Part shown: positions 1 through 13,152 of the stretch, piece by piece
How positions within the stretch are numbered: the first letter of the stretch is position 1
Layout of the letters: each line of letters starts with the position of its first letter
The notes under the pieces: generated by a model
Databases searched by the model: none
What the model saw: only the letters and a program-made list of their open reading frames with translations
Told to the model about the DNA's origin: nothing
Made by a program: the position numbers and the translations under genes
NCBI RefSeq assembly: GCF_009914755.1
Contig: NC_060931.1
DNA from: the human T2T-CHM13v2.0 reference genome, Homo sapiens
Strand: one strand, 5' to 3'
Length of the DNA: 64,000 nt

Positions 1-26
1 AATGGAGCCCTTCCCCCAAAACACAC

Positions 27-52
27 GTGTGTGTGTGTGTGTGTGTGTGTGT
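27..52. repeat. (TG)n microsatellite
   Basis: About 13 perfect GT units, read directly. Confidence 0.95.
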
Positions 53-2610
53 TTCTTGCTAAAAATAAAAACCAGAGCCAGATACACAGGAGAATTTGTC
101 TTGCTGCTTAATAATCTGCTCGAGCTCAGCCCTTATTCAGCAACCGCTTGGATCCTTCCCGACAGTGTGTGCAAGCCAGATTTGCTCCAAGCTTGCAGAC
201 CCCCCTGAAGGAACAGGGGCTGGCATGTGCAGAGGGCTCCCTGGGGTCAGTCCTGGAGGCCATGTGGTTGTATCGCCTTTCACACAAAGGCAACCCTGGA
301 GCCTAGCAGCTGAGAATCGTGGCCAAACCCTGCCCAGGGTGGGCAGAGCTGGGGAGGGGGTGCAGCTCCAGGCTCCTTGCTCCCCGCAAGGCTGCGGCAT
401 AGGTGAGGCCTAGAGGGGAAACGCCGGGTATGGGCAGAGCCTCCAAAAGGACTCCTGAAAGACCTGTGTCTTGTTTCCATGGCTACTTTTGCCCATGCTG
501 GCTAAGAGGTCGGCTATGCAATGTTACCTAAGAAGGCCCCGTGGAGCTGGGGTGCTGCCCACCTGGTGCCTGGGTGCGTCACTCCGTCAGGTTCCTGGTG
601 ACTACTCAGGAAGAACCCAACAGCACTGCCCCACTGCCAGGGCTTGGTCTGTGGTGGGTGACAAGTAGGGGGACAGCTGCCTAGCCCCTGGATTGAAAAC
701 AGATTTCAGGATGGGGCTGGGCGCAGCATGGGTGGGAGGGTGAATTGGGCTGGGCAGAGGGTGGTGGTCACAACATTCGAAAGATAAGGGTGTGACCTTG
801 TACCTTGGGATGCCAGACTCACACTGGGCCATGAAGTTGGCCCTGATGGAATTCATGTTATGTCACTCCATCTCAGGGAATGCCAAACAAGGGAGAGGCT
901 TGCACTTGGGTTCTAGGAGCTGTGTTCTAAGAATTGGAATTAAGTAGGAAAAAACCACTCCAAGCACCTGGTCATGCCCATCTTTCAGGTGAACGGCTCC
1001 ATCCTGAAGCTGTCAGTCAACATTAGCATGAAGAAGCCAGCACTCTGGGGATCCCAAGGATCTGGGGAATCGTGTGCCACACAGCCCCATAGGAGAAAGT
1101 CAGTCCCCAAGGAGGGACTCACCTCCCATAGGACAGAACCAGCCCCAATGGAGGGTGCCGTGTGCCAGCAGACTTGAGAGCTCTGAAGCCAGTGCACTGT
1201 GTCGGGATCCAGCCTCTGCCTCTACCCCATGGCTTCCATCATTTCCCATCTGGTCTTTGCAGGAGCCTCCTCACCATGACCACAGCTTTGAATTTTGCTT
1301 CTGGAGGTTTTTCCAAAGCAGCAGCCGGCCAGCGTGATTGAGCTCACCCTGCAGGTTTCCAACCCCACGGTGGCCTCCGGGATGCTGCTCTCCAGCCACA
1401 TCTCTTCGCCATCCTGCCCTGGCTGTCCCACTCCAGCTGCCATGGCAAAGCCAAGTGGGCCCTCCATGGGGGTGCCCGCCTCCAATCCTCTGTGCCTCTG
1501 CAGAGATACCTGAGCCTGGGTAGCTCTTCCCTGGCCTTCTTCTGGTCTTAAGGGCTTCCTGGCCACCCTAGCTTGTGCCCTGACTTGGTCTTCCTGTCCC
1601 CCTCTGTGCTTTATTTTCTCTGCAGCTCCCCTACCTCCTGGGGGTGCTGACTATTCCCCTGTAGAGTGTGGCTCGCTGAGGACAGGGCACCCTTGCTCAT
1701 CCATGAAGCAAGGCGGATTCTAAGGAAAGGGGCACGGGGTTTGGGGAGGTGTCATAACCAGCATGCACCTGGTGGCCCAGCGGGCTCTCACAGGCTTCCG
1801 TCCCTGGGTGGACTCTTTCAGACGGCTCCTGGTATGTGGCTCACTCATGGGACACAGGTACAGCCCTGCCTTTCCCCAGAGGTCCCCAGGCATGCAGCTC
1901 TTTTCTTACTGCTAGATGGAGGTGGATGGTGAGTGGGGAAAAGAGCCTAGGGTTGCCCGGGAGTCCCAGGGTCTGCGTCTGCCTCTGCCTCTCAGTTGCT
2001 CTGCGATTATTAGACATCCCTCGATGTCTCTGAGCCTCAATTTTCTTCCAGGTGAAAAGGAACCTGAACCACCTTTCAGGAGCATGTGTTTTACCAAAGG
2101 ACTTAAGTGCTGCATGGTTGTTCTGTGCCGACGCGCCTCGGCAGCTGGCCCCCACCTGACAGTTAGCGAGGCCCTCATGGTGTTCTCTCCATGAGGGTTC
2201 AGAGCTGGCCTGGATCTCCTGCACAGGTGGACCGTCAGGTGCTAGAGGAGAAGAGCACATGAGGACTCTGGTCCCGGGAGTGCTGGGACATGAAGCCATT
2301 TCCACATTCCTGGGCATTGTCTTACAAATATCAAAAATTTTGCTAAACTGCAAAACACAACCCCAAGCAGTGGACAATGGACAAGAAGCTCTTTGGAATC
2401 AAGTCATCCAAGCAGCTCACCTGGAAGATCCTGGGCGGCCTGGATGGCCAAGAAGTCCAGGTGAAGCCACAGAGATTCATCAACTAAACACATAGTGAAC
2501 AATTTCTACATGCAGGCATCGTGGCAGGTGCAAGGAATCCACAATATGAATACAAAAAAAAACAAAACAGCAGTACCGTATTACTGGGCATTGGAGTTCT
2601 GGTTTAGCTC

Positions 2611-2764
2611 TGTGTGTGTGTGTGTGTGTGTGTGGGTGTGTGCATGCGTGTGTGTGTGTGTGCATGCATGTGTGTACACGCGTGTGTGCCTGTGTGTGTG
2701 CGTGTGCACATGTGTGTGCCTGTGCATGTGTGTGTGCATGTGTGTGTGCATGTGCATGCATGCA
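2611..2764. repeat. Compound (TG)n/(TGCA)n alternating purine-pyrimidine tract
   Basis: ~150 bp of TG repeats interspersed with TGCA, TACA and CGCG; explains the CVCVC/HTHT ORFs. Confidence 0.95.
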
Positions 2765-4140
2765 GGGCTCTTATCCAGTCGTCACGACAGCCCTAGCAAA
2801 CAGGTTCTGTGGTTATTTGTGAAAATGCCTGAAAGCACCCTCCTTTCTCTTAGACATCCAAGGCAGTGTCCTCCCACAGTGAGGCTGGGCTCCACCTCGT
2901 GACTTGCTTCAGCCATGGGACAGTGGTGGTGTAGACATGGAGAGTGCTGGACATTGCAGCTGTGCTCTCTTGCCACTGTTGGAACCCTTAGACCACGACA
3001 GCCAACCTGAGTTGGCCTGCGGGAACCTGAGAGGCACATGGAAGACAGCTGGGGCATTCTGGCTAATGCACAGCTGGCCCTCTGCACACCCGACCCCAGG
3101 CTTGTGACAGGAACCATTCCAGACCATCCAGCCTCTGAGAGGAGTCCAGCTGCCCAGCCAGGCCAGGTCCAATTCCCAGCCCACAGAATTCCAGGTTGGA
3201 GTTTCCTTCAAGCCACTAACCCTTGAGTAGCTTGTGACATGTTTTATTGACATGAAACAAGACCTTTGTGAGCATAACGTTCATCCGGGGTTGCAGAAGG
3301 TGAACAACACCTACGCAATAGTATGCTAAGTCCCTTAACTCCATGGGATGCTCTGAAAGAGGACAGGGAGGAGTATCGTGGGAGCTGGGACCTATGACAC
3401 TCTTGAAGAATGTCATTCTGTGAGTGGGAAGGCCTATAAATTTTGAGTGTGATAGAGATAAACCTATTCTCCACTCCAATGAATTGGGCCACAAAGCACA
3501 GAAATTTAATTCTTCACCTACATGGCTTCAAAGATAGAGCTGCATGATAAAGACTTTGAAAAGAGCTAGGTCAGAGTCCAAGGATGTATGCAGCACACCC
3601 TGTGGCCACAGTGCAGTGGAAGAGGCTGGAGGACCATGAGATGAGGGAGGTGTGACGTGGCTGGCTCTGCGTGAAGGGTGAGGGGGATTGGGACACAAGG
3701 GAAGTCCTCACTCAATCCGACCACAGCCCTCGTGTTTGTGAAGGTTCTGGATGGGACAGAACGGTGGCTGCCACCCTGCAGGAAGATGCGGTCTTAGTTG
3801 ATTGTCTCTAAAAGGATGGAAAATGGTATCTATGCCTCATCACAAGAGCATATCTGTTGCTCACAGACTATGCTCTGTGTTGAAAGACCGAGGTTCACAG
3901 CAAGAGGCCTCACGCTGTCTGCCTCCCTGGGGAAGGGCGATTTGGTCAGAGGGCAACAGAGCCCACCCATGTCCTGGGAGTGAGGGTTGGGGGGTGATGA
4001 GATCTGACTGCCTGAGGCAGGGGGATGGGGCCTGGGCCATACTTGGAAAGATGGGCTGAATTTGGAAGAAGGAGTTAGAGAAAAGAACATGAAAGCAACA
4101 GTAACAACTACAGAGGCAGCAACAAACAGGGAGGGCAGGA

Positions 4141-4500
4141 GATATGATTTGGCTGTGTCCCCACCCAAATCTCATCTTGAATTGTAGCTCCCATAATCCC
4201 CACGTGTCATGAGAGGGACCTGGTGGGAGGTGATTGAATCATGGGGGTGGGTCTTTCCCATGCTGTTCTCATGACAGAGAATAAGTCTCAGCAGATCTGA
4301 TGGTTTTATAAAGGGCAGTTCCCCTTCACATGCCCTCTTGCCTGCTGCCATATAAGATGTGCCTTTGCTCCTCTTTCACCTTCCACCCTGATTGTGAGGC
4401 CTCCCCAGGCATGTGGAACTATAAGTCCATTAAACCTCTTTTTATACATTACCCAGTCTCAGGTATGTCTTTATTAGCAGCATGAGAACAGACTAATACA
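4141..4500 (+). mobile_element. THE1-family (ERVL-MaLR) solo LTR, THE1B/C-like
   Basis: Starts GATATGATTTGGCTGTGTCCCCACCCAAATCTCATCTTGAATTGTAGCTCCC and ends GAGAACAGACTAATACA; ~360 bp, matching the recalled THE1 consensus. Confidence 0.92.
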
Positions 4501-4539
4501 GTATGAGAGTCCTGCTCCAAATGTATTCAGGGAGTGCAT

Positions 4540-5030
4540 ATTAACCAAGACTGCTTAGGTTGCAAGTGACAGAAACCCGCCCAAGGCAAAACAGTTCAAA
4601 GCTTCCTGTGCTGGAAGAGCCTGGAAGGTGCAGCTTCATCTAGAAGCGCCTTCCCTGAACACTGGCCTTTGCTTTCTTCTGTTGTGCCTGCTTTCTCTGG
4701 GGAATTTTTCTTGGGTACAAAAGCTGGCAGCTCCAATCTCTAAGATTCATAACCAGCAAGCTCAGAACAAGGAAACCCCACGCCCCCAGGGGTGCACATC
4801 AATCCTTGAGCAGGGCTGTGACTGGCCCTGCCTGGCAGCACGCACCAGACCCCTGCCCCGGACCAATCACCATGGCTGTGAGGGCAGCTGCTCTGACCCA
4901 CCAGCCTGACCCACACCTCCTGGGATGAGGTGGCTCCCCAGACACCATCACTGTCAGATCTGTGGCGATCACACATCATGTAAGATGATTCCTTCCAAAA
5001 GGCAGAGATGTGAAACAGACACAAAGCAAA
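4540..5030 (-). mobile_element. Old ERVL/MaLR LTR remnant (LTR33/MLT1K-like)
   Basis: GGTTGCAAGTGACAGAAACCC and GGACCAATCAC motifs typical of these LTRs; highly diverged. Confidence 0.45.
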
Positions 5031-5267
5031 GTGTCCCCCTTGGGGCAGTACTTTGTCTGGGTGGGCTGGGTGGATCTGAGGAGGGTATGTGGGAGGCAGA
5101 GCTGCTGGGCGTAGTGTGACAGCCCCACAGAGGGGAGGGTTGCAAGGAAGCAGCTCAGGAGATCATTCAGTCTGATTTTCCCACAGTCTGTGTGCAGCCT
5201 TTCTGGGGCAGGTGGAACTCAAAAGAGAAAAAAAAGTTGGGCCATGCTTAGTAGAAGGACCATTGTG

Positions 5268-5380
5268 GAGAGAGGAGCTTCAGGTGTGTGGGGCTGTCAG
5301 GTTGAGAGTGTCAGTCCAGTTGAAAAGAGAGAAGCATCAGGTGTGTGGGGCTGTCAGGCTGATAGAGCCAGTCCAGTGGT
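5268..5380. repeat. Two-copy ~57 bp tandem duplication
   Basis: GAGAG(G/A)AGC(T/A)TCAGGTGTGTGGGGCTGTCAGG...CAGTCCAGT occurs twice in tandem. Confidence 0.85.
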
Positions 5381-6454
5381 CCCAGTGCTTTGCCCCTCCC
5401 TGGTCACATCCTTTGGGGTGTCTTTGACCTGCCCTTTCCCTGCCCTGAGCTTGGCCAGGTGACTTGCCTTGTCCACCACTGAGCTCTCCTTGACCCCTCG
5501 GCCATGGCCTGGGGAAGTGCTGGGGCTGGTCTTCTCCAGGGAGGCAGCTGGGGCCGTGCTGGGTCTCTGGTTGGTCCTAGCTCAAGGCACCCATCGTAGC
5601 CATCAGGTAACCCCTAGACTTGCAAGCCAGTCCAGCCCAGCTGACAGCCCCCTAAGTAACCTTCGGCAGATGCACCAGAGCCCTGGTGAGAGCTCAGCTC
5701 AGCCCACAGACCCACTCACTGGATCCGTGTTTCCTGTTGAATTCAGCCTGAAGTTCTGTGGCTGTTTACAGCAAGGCTGACAGATGGGGCGGCAGCCTCA
5801 GGTCCTGCTGGGGGAGAGTCACCTTCTCCGTCTAGATCTGGGTTTGAAATGTCAATCCTGGTCGCTGTAAATGCTTTTAAGTCTTAAAATCTCAAGTGCC
5901 CAGATGGAGGGACACACTCTTCCCTTGTCATTTCTGGCTGTCTGCAGCCTGTTGGTGAGCACTTCTGAGCCGTGGATGTGTCCTTTGGAACAGCTGGGGT
6001 GGGCAAGAACAGCAAGTTGGAGGAGAAACATTAAGGAGCCTGGGACGTGAGTCTTAGCTGCAGGATTTTCTATTGTTTGTTTTGTTTGCTCTGGAAAATG
6101 GAGATTGGCCAGTGCAGCCTATGAAGGCTCAGCAGGAGCCATCCATGAATGAGAATCTCAGACTTCTGCAAAGCATTTGGATTCTCAAGAGACATGGCCT
6201 ACATGTCCGCGGAAACAAGACCAGAGATCAAGAATCTATGAATGCCCCCTCCCCACCCACCCTGGCCGAGGCTTGGATAGCACTTTGTCCAGTGCCTGGC
6301 AGATAAGAAGGTGCAAAGCAAATGCTAATTACAAATCCCACACTCTCTGCCCACTCTGTTTTAAAATTTTTCACCCTATGACCTGTCAACTGCTTGACAA
6401 TGGTTTCCATGGTTTGTCTCTTTAAGGTTCCTTAAATTTTGTTTTGTGGCAAAG

Positions 6455-6760
6455 CACATTTATCCATTCCAAGCATTTATGGAGTGCTGGGCCCTTGCCC
6501 TTCCCTGGGAAGGCTGCAGGGGTCAGTTAAGGCCCCAGCCCTCAAGTAGGCCAGAGTCTGGTGGAAGAGAGATGAGTACATGGGTGCTGCCTCTGCACTG
6601 TCCTGTGTTCTGGGCTCCTGTGTGCTGTGTAGACACATGTGACTGTGGGAGGTGTCCCAATGTGGTGACATCTGCAGGGTCTTGAAGGATGAGGACAAGC
6701 CTTCTAGGAATGAAGGGATGATGGGAAGGTCCTGCTTCAAGGGAGGGGTTATGAGGGAGG
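6455..6760 (-). mobile_element. L2 remnant
   Basis: CATTTATCCATTCCAAGCATTTATGGAGTGC...GCCCTCAAG..AGTCTGGTGG resembles the reverse complement of the L2 3' end. Confidence 0.5.
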
Positions 6761-7009
6761 GGGTGAGGGTGAGGAATGGCCAGGTGGGCTGGTCCAGGTA
6801 GTGAGGGGCTCTGCCTCTTGTGCTGGGGAGTTTGGCCCTTGTCCATTGCTCACTGAGAGCATCCGCACAGGAGAGTGATTTACTTAGAAAATGGCTTTTT
6901 GGAAGACTTTACCCAGAAAAGGACTTTTGTGCTTCCATCAGCTCTGAACCTCCAATCACAGGGAAGCAGGCACTAATCAAGTCTTTCAGAAGGGAGGTGC
7001 TACACGGAG

Positions 7010-7560
7010 CTAGGGAGGAGTTGAACCTAGAGGAACAGCTGAAGAGCTGCTGGCCCTGGAGGAGCAGCTGGGGAGGAGCTGGCCCTGGAGGAGCAGCTGG
7101 GGAGGAGCTGGCCCTGGAGAAGCAGCTGGGGAGGAGCTGGCCCTGGAGGAGCAACTGGGGAGAAGCTGGTCCCTGGAGGAGCAGCTGGGGAGGAGCTGTC
7201 CCTGGAGGAGCAGCTGGGGAGGAGCTGCCCTGGAGGAGCAGCTGGGGAGGAGCTGTCCCTGGAGGAGCAGCTGGGGAGGAGCTGTCCCTGGAGGAGCAGC
7301 TGGGGAGGAGCTGTCCCTGGAGGAGCAGCTGGGGAGGAGCTGTCCCTGGAGGAGCAGCTGGGGAGGAGCTGTCCCTGGAGGAGCAGCTGGGGAGGAGCTG
7401 CCCTGGAGGAGCAGCTGGGGAGAAGCTGGTCCCTGGAGGAGCAGCTGGGGAGAAGATGTCCCTGGAGGAGCAGCTGGGGAGAAGATGTCCCTGGAGGAGC
7501 AGCTGGGGAAGGGCTGGTCCTGGAGGAGCAGCTGGGGAGAAGCCGCCCCTGGAGGAGCTG
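7010..7560. repeat. G-rich VNTR, 29-bp unit GGAGGAGCAGCTGGGGAGGAGCTGTCCCT, ~19 copies
   Basis: Unit read directly; produces the 237-281 aa stop-free ORFs. Confidence 0.97.
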
Positions 7561-8649
7561 ACCTCGGAGGAGGGCATGGGCTGAGGTAGGGAAGAGGAGA
7601 GTTGGGGAGATGATGGGAGCAATGTTGGGACTGAGCTCAGGTGGAAGCTCTGGAGCTGGGGAAAAGGGTGGACTCCTGGAAGGCCTGCTAGCTACAGCCA
7701 TTCTCTGAGAAGCCCCCTCACAGTGAGTTGAGTGAGAAGAAAGCACTTTTTCAGTTACAAAGTGAGGAGAATGGTTACACATCCATGTTCTTTGAGCTGA
7801 AAGAGGATTTGGAAATGACCTATGGACAGGAACGGAGCAGGAGAGGCACCTGTCATGTGTCACGTGCTCCACTGTAGGGTTCCATTCATTTTCCTACAAG
7901 GCCATGGACCCCTGCTGGAGGGCAAGAGGGCTGGGCATCGCTGCCAGGCTTGCCCAGGGCTGGTGTTGCATTCCTCCCTGCCACTCCCGCTCCTGGCCTT
8001 CCTTCCCTTCAGGCTGGAAAGTTCGCCATTTCAGGTTTCAGGAAGACAGCAGCCCCCTGCTCCTCCAATGACTGACTCATTCACTTTAGAGTTTGCCTGA
8101 ATTATTTAAAAAAAAACCTTTTTAGGTTTTACATTGATTAGGTAGTTCTGGAAGGTCATGTGCTTCCCTGAATCAAGCAGAGATATTATTTGTGACTATC
8201 AATAATTATTTTATTATTAATGTAATTAAAGATCTCATTCTTTCCTATCTAGTAGCCTAGCAGAAAGAATCTTCCAATTATCTCCACCTTCAGGTTCTCT
8301 TTTTTTCAAAATATCTCTAATTATCACTCTTGCTACAAGTATAATCAACTTGCATAAATTAGATTCTATTCTTAGCCTTCATTTTAGCTAGCCCTCATCT
8401 GTTTTCTAGCACTTTTTATGTTATGGTGACAAACTCTAAGCTAACACATCTATTCCACACACAACCCAAATTGAAAGGCCCAAACTAAAATAATATATCC
8501 AGGAACCAAGATGAGGGATTCTGCCACGGAGTACAGAGCTCTTCCTGTCCGACTCCTGCTGGAGTTATGCGAAGCCCCAGGCTCAGCTTCATTTCTCTTT
8601 CTGCTCATTGCTGGCCCTAGTAATTGGTATGTTCGAGAAACTGGAATCT

Positions 8650-8740
8650 GTCCATTCATTTGCTCATTTGACAGGTACCAGGTTCCTGCCATGTGCTGGG
8701 CTCTGTTTCCAGGGTCGTGGGGGAAGGAGGGAGGAACATG
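8650..8740 (-). mobile_element. L2 3' end fragment
   Basis: CATTCATTTGCTCATTTGACAGG...CCTGCCATGTGCTGGGCTCTG matches the reverse complement of the L2 tail. Confidence 0.55.
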
Positions 8741-9122
8741 GCCTCTTGCCTTTAATGGCTCTCCCAGGTCAGTATGAGCACACAGGGGGGTGTTGAGTAG
8801 CATGGACTGGCAGTACAATAGGAATCAGAAGGGAAACTGAGGTCTGAGGCTGTGGAGCTGTGGGGCAAGGGTGGGGGAGAAGAAGGGGCATTCTGAGCAA
8901 TCTGGGGGTGAGGCTTCTGGGTGGGGTCTTTGGGGTGGGGAGGGCACCTGCCCTGGCTCCACTGTGTCCTGAAAACCACTGAGAGCAATTTAAGGCTGTT
9001 TGCAGGGCTTGTGGATCTATCACCATTTGGTTCACTCTGCAGAACATTTGAGCCCAACCTAACCACCCTATGTATACTTTGATCTGAAGTGTCCTCAGAG
9101 GCAAGTTTCAGAACACGGCTAG

Positions 9123-9385
9123 GCTGGGGAGGACCTGACCCTGGAGAAATAGCTGGGGAGGATCTGACCTTGAAGAAGCAGCTGGGGAGGAGCTGTCCCT
9201 GGAGGAGCAGCTGGGGAGGAGCTGGCCCTGGAGGAGCAGCTGGGGAGGAGCTGGCCCTGGAGGAACTGACCTTGGAGGAGGGCATGGGCTGAGTAAGGCA
9301 AGAGGAGAGTCGGGGAGATGATGGGAGTGGTGTTGGGCCTGAGCTCAGGGGGAAGCACTGGAGCTGGGGAGAAGGGTGGGCTCCC
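9123..9385. repeat. Paralogous copy of the 29-bp VNTR (~5 units) plus ~120 bp shared 3' flank
   Basis: 9263-9385 aligns with 7556-7677 (GGAGGAGGGCATGGGCTGAG...GGGGAGATGATGGGAG...CTGAGCTCAGG...AAGGGTGG). Confidence 0.92.
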
Positions 9386-10110
9386 ATTTTGGGGCTGGTC
9401 TTATCATCGTCTCCATCGTCTCTAGTAAAATCAGTAACCCTCCTCTCTGCACCACCTACTGTGTGCTACAACCTCTGCCGGCCCTAGAAACCCCAGGGCC
9501 GGTCCTTCTCACTGTCTTCTAGGGGGGACGTTAGAAGCTGGGGGTGCTGAAGCCCCAGAGCTGTGGGAGGCTGCAGGGCAGTGTGAACGCAGGCCTTCCT
9601 CAGTGGCAGGTGCCCTGACACAGGGCTGGGGCCTGACGTCTGCACCCTTCCTTTCGGTCTTCAAACATTGCAGTGAAAGAACTGGGTGTTGAGGCGAGGC
9701 GGGGTTTCCTGTGATGCACATGGCTCACAGCAGATGAGGCAGCCTCCGTCCTTTCATTACGAGCCATCTTCACAAGGAGTGGGACCCACTGGCTCGCTCG
9801 GGCTGGAGGAGCAGCTTCAATTACATCTCAGAAAGGATGTCTACAGCCGACAAGCATTTGCCACCACCTAAATGGTTGTCCTTAAATGGGCTTTGCATAG
9901 GTGCTCTCACTCAGCTATAGGGGGCCCATTTTGCAACCAGCTCAGCTGGGTGACTGTGTTTTCATCACCTCAGCTTTGGCCTTTCCTAAGGACGGGGAAT
10001 GCATGGAAAGGTTTTGAATTGAAGTTCTGCCCAGTGTCAGACATGGCATCTCTGCCTGGAAGCCCACATGTCCTCCGGCCTTGAGTCCCAGGCTTGCCCC
10101 TTAAGGCCCG

Positions 10111-10560
10111 TGTCCATGGTGGTCGTGGCTGCCACTCGGCCCTCTGTGTTCCTCATTCCTGCCTCCATCAGCCGCTGCTGTAGTCTAAGGTGCTGCCCGT
10201 TGTCCATAGTGGTGGTAGCTGCCACTCGGTCCTCTGTGTTCCTCATTCCTGCCTCCATCAGCCCCTGCTGTAGTCTAAGGTGCTGCCCGTTGTCCATAGT
10301 GGTGGTGGCTGCCACTCGGTCCTCTGTGTTCCTCATTCCTGCCTCCATCAGCCCCTTCTGTAGTCTAAGGTGCTGCCCGTTGTCCATAGTGGTGGTGGCT
10401 GCCACTCGGTCCTCTGTGTTCCTCATTCCTGCCTCCATCAGCCCCTGCTCTAGTCTAAGGTGCTGCCTGTTGTCCATATTGGTGGTGGCTGCCACTCGGT
10501 CCTCTGTGTTCCTCATTCCTGCCTCCATCAGCCCCTTCTGTAGTCTAAGGTTCTGCCCGT
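10111..10560. repeat. VNTR, 5 x 90 bp
   Basis: Units start at 10111, 10201, 10291, 10381 and 10471 (TGTCCAT..TGGT..T.GCTGCCACTCGG.CCTCTGTGTTCCTCATTCC...); near-identical, no spacers. Confidence 0.98.
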
Positions 10561-10622
10561 TGGCGTGCGCCTCTTCCACTGGATGGTGACACAGTGCGGT
10601 GAGGGCCCTCAGTGCTGGGCCT

Positions 10623-10977
10623 TGTGAGGGTCTCCCGAGGCTGTAACAAGGTACTGAGCCAGAAATTCATCTGCTCCAGCTGTGGAGGCCAGAAGTCTGA
10701 TATCAGGTGTGGGCAGGGCTGGCTTCTCCTGGGGCTCGCCTTGGCTGGCAGACGGCCGCCCTCTCCCTGTGTCTTCACAAGGCTGCCTGTCTGTGCCTGT
10801 CTGTGTCCACATCTCCTCTTGCCGTAAGGACAGTCAGACTGGGTTAGGGCTCGCCCTAAAGACCTCCTTCTTAGTTAGTTATCTCTTTACAGACCTTGTC
10901 TCCAAATACAGCCACGTTTTGAGGTCCTGGGGTTAGGACTTCGGCAGGAACTTGGAGACGCAACTCAGACCGAAGCC
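10623..10977 (-). mobile_element. MLT1 (MaLR) LTR, MLT1A/B-like
   Basis: GGAGGCCAGAAGTCTGATATCAGGTGTGGGCAGGGCTG...TCCCTGTGTCTTCACA...TCTCCAAATACAGCCAC...GAGGTCCTGGGGTTAGGACTTC. Confidence 0.85.
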
Positions 10978-11019
10978 AGCCCCAGCTGAGCACAGAGCTC
11001 GTGACATGATGCGCCATGC

Positions 11020-11720
11020 TGCCCTGAGGTTCCCAACCGGGTCTCTGCTGAGCTCCAGGTCTGTACGCGGTGGCTGGCCTGCATCTCACCTGGCGGCCGT
11101 GGGGCACCTTCAACTGACCTGACTCCAGCTCCCTCTTCCCACTCCTGCCCCACCTCATCCATCCCTGGCCCTGGCTCTCCCTCAGCAAACAGCCCCTCCT
11201 CCTCTGCTGTACACACACCCTCCGGCTCTGCTCCCAAACCAGAAACCTGGGCCTCGCCCTGGACTTCCCTCTGTCTCCCTCCCTCTGTCCCTCTCTTCCC
11301 TCACATCTAGCCAATCCCAAATCCTACGGAGCCTTCCTTGTTAGAATCAGTACAGTCCCTCTTCCTTCCTGTCTGTCCTGTGCTGCTATCTCAGGCCTTC
11401 ACTGCGGCTGTCAACGTCCCCATCTCTGGTCCTGCCCCTCTGATCTGCTGCCCACTCTGTCCAGGCTGAGCCTGCTAAGCTGTGTGTGTGCCCATTGATC
11501 TTTCCTGCTCAGCTCCCTCCTGAGCCTCTGTCTGCCTTCGGGGTCCTTCTGTCCTCACAGACCTGCCTTCCTGCCACCCTGGGCCTGACCCCCTTGGGAT
11601 CCCTTGTACCTGAGCCCTCCAGCGCCTGTGTTTTTCTCCCCTGCCTTTGGCCTGAGCTGCACTCCCTCCTCAGAGCCCAGCCTCGGCCCCTTCTCCTGGC
11701 ATTGCTGATGAAGGTTCCTG
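11020..11720 (+). mobile_element. L2 remnant
   Basis: Pyrimidine-rich; CTGAGCTCCAG...CATCTCACCTGG...CAGAAACCTGGG...CCCTCACATCTAGCCAATC landmarks of the L2 3' region. Confidence 0.6.
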
Positions 11721-11780
11721 GGGGCCCAGTAACTCCTTGAACCAAGTGTTTGTCTAAAATAATCCTCATTTTCCCTGTAG

Positions 11781-12284
<504 letters not shown>

Positions 12285-12319
12285 TGAGCTCATGGGGAGG
12301 GGGACAGGCTCCCTGGGCA

Positions 12320-12480
12320 TGGATCCAGGCTCTGGTACTTTCTGTCTGGGCTTTGGGAGTGTTGAGCCTCTGCCTCAGTTTCCACATATGTGGAAAATGG
12401 GCAAAATGCAAGAAACTGCCTCACCGTGCTGTGACGAGGACTGAAGTGAGAGCACGCCAGGCTCACAGACCAGTGGTGGG
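12320..12480 (+). mobile_element. MIR
   Basis: GAGCCTCTGCCTCAGTTTCCACATATGTGGAAAATGGG...GTGACGAGGACTGAAGTGAG resembles the MIR core. Confidence 0.7.
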
Positions 12481-12684
12481 ACGTGGGGGCTCTGACACAG
12501 GGCGGCTGCACGGGACCGTCACCATCACGTCCCTGAGGCCATGCCCCACAGTGGCTGCCTGGTGTCCTTGACATGGCTCCCATCTTCCGTGTGCCCATTC
12601 AGAGCACTTCTGTCTCCTCTTGGCTTCCATCTTTCTCCTCTTCGTATTACCCAATTTTCCCACAAAATATTGGTAAGTCCATGA

Positions 12685-13152
<468 letters not shown>

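Noticed and set aside
6820-7872. 237-281 aa ORFs on both strands
   Set aside because: They result from a stop-free 29-bp G-rich repeat cycling through frames; low complexity with no domain similarity.
10111-10560. CRISPR-like array
   Set aside because: Units are contiguous and near-identical with no unique spacers, no cas genes, and a primate genomic context.
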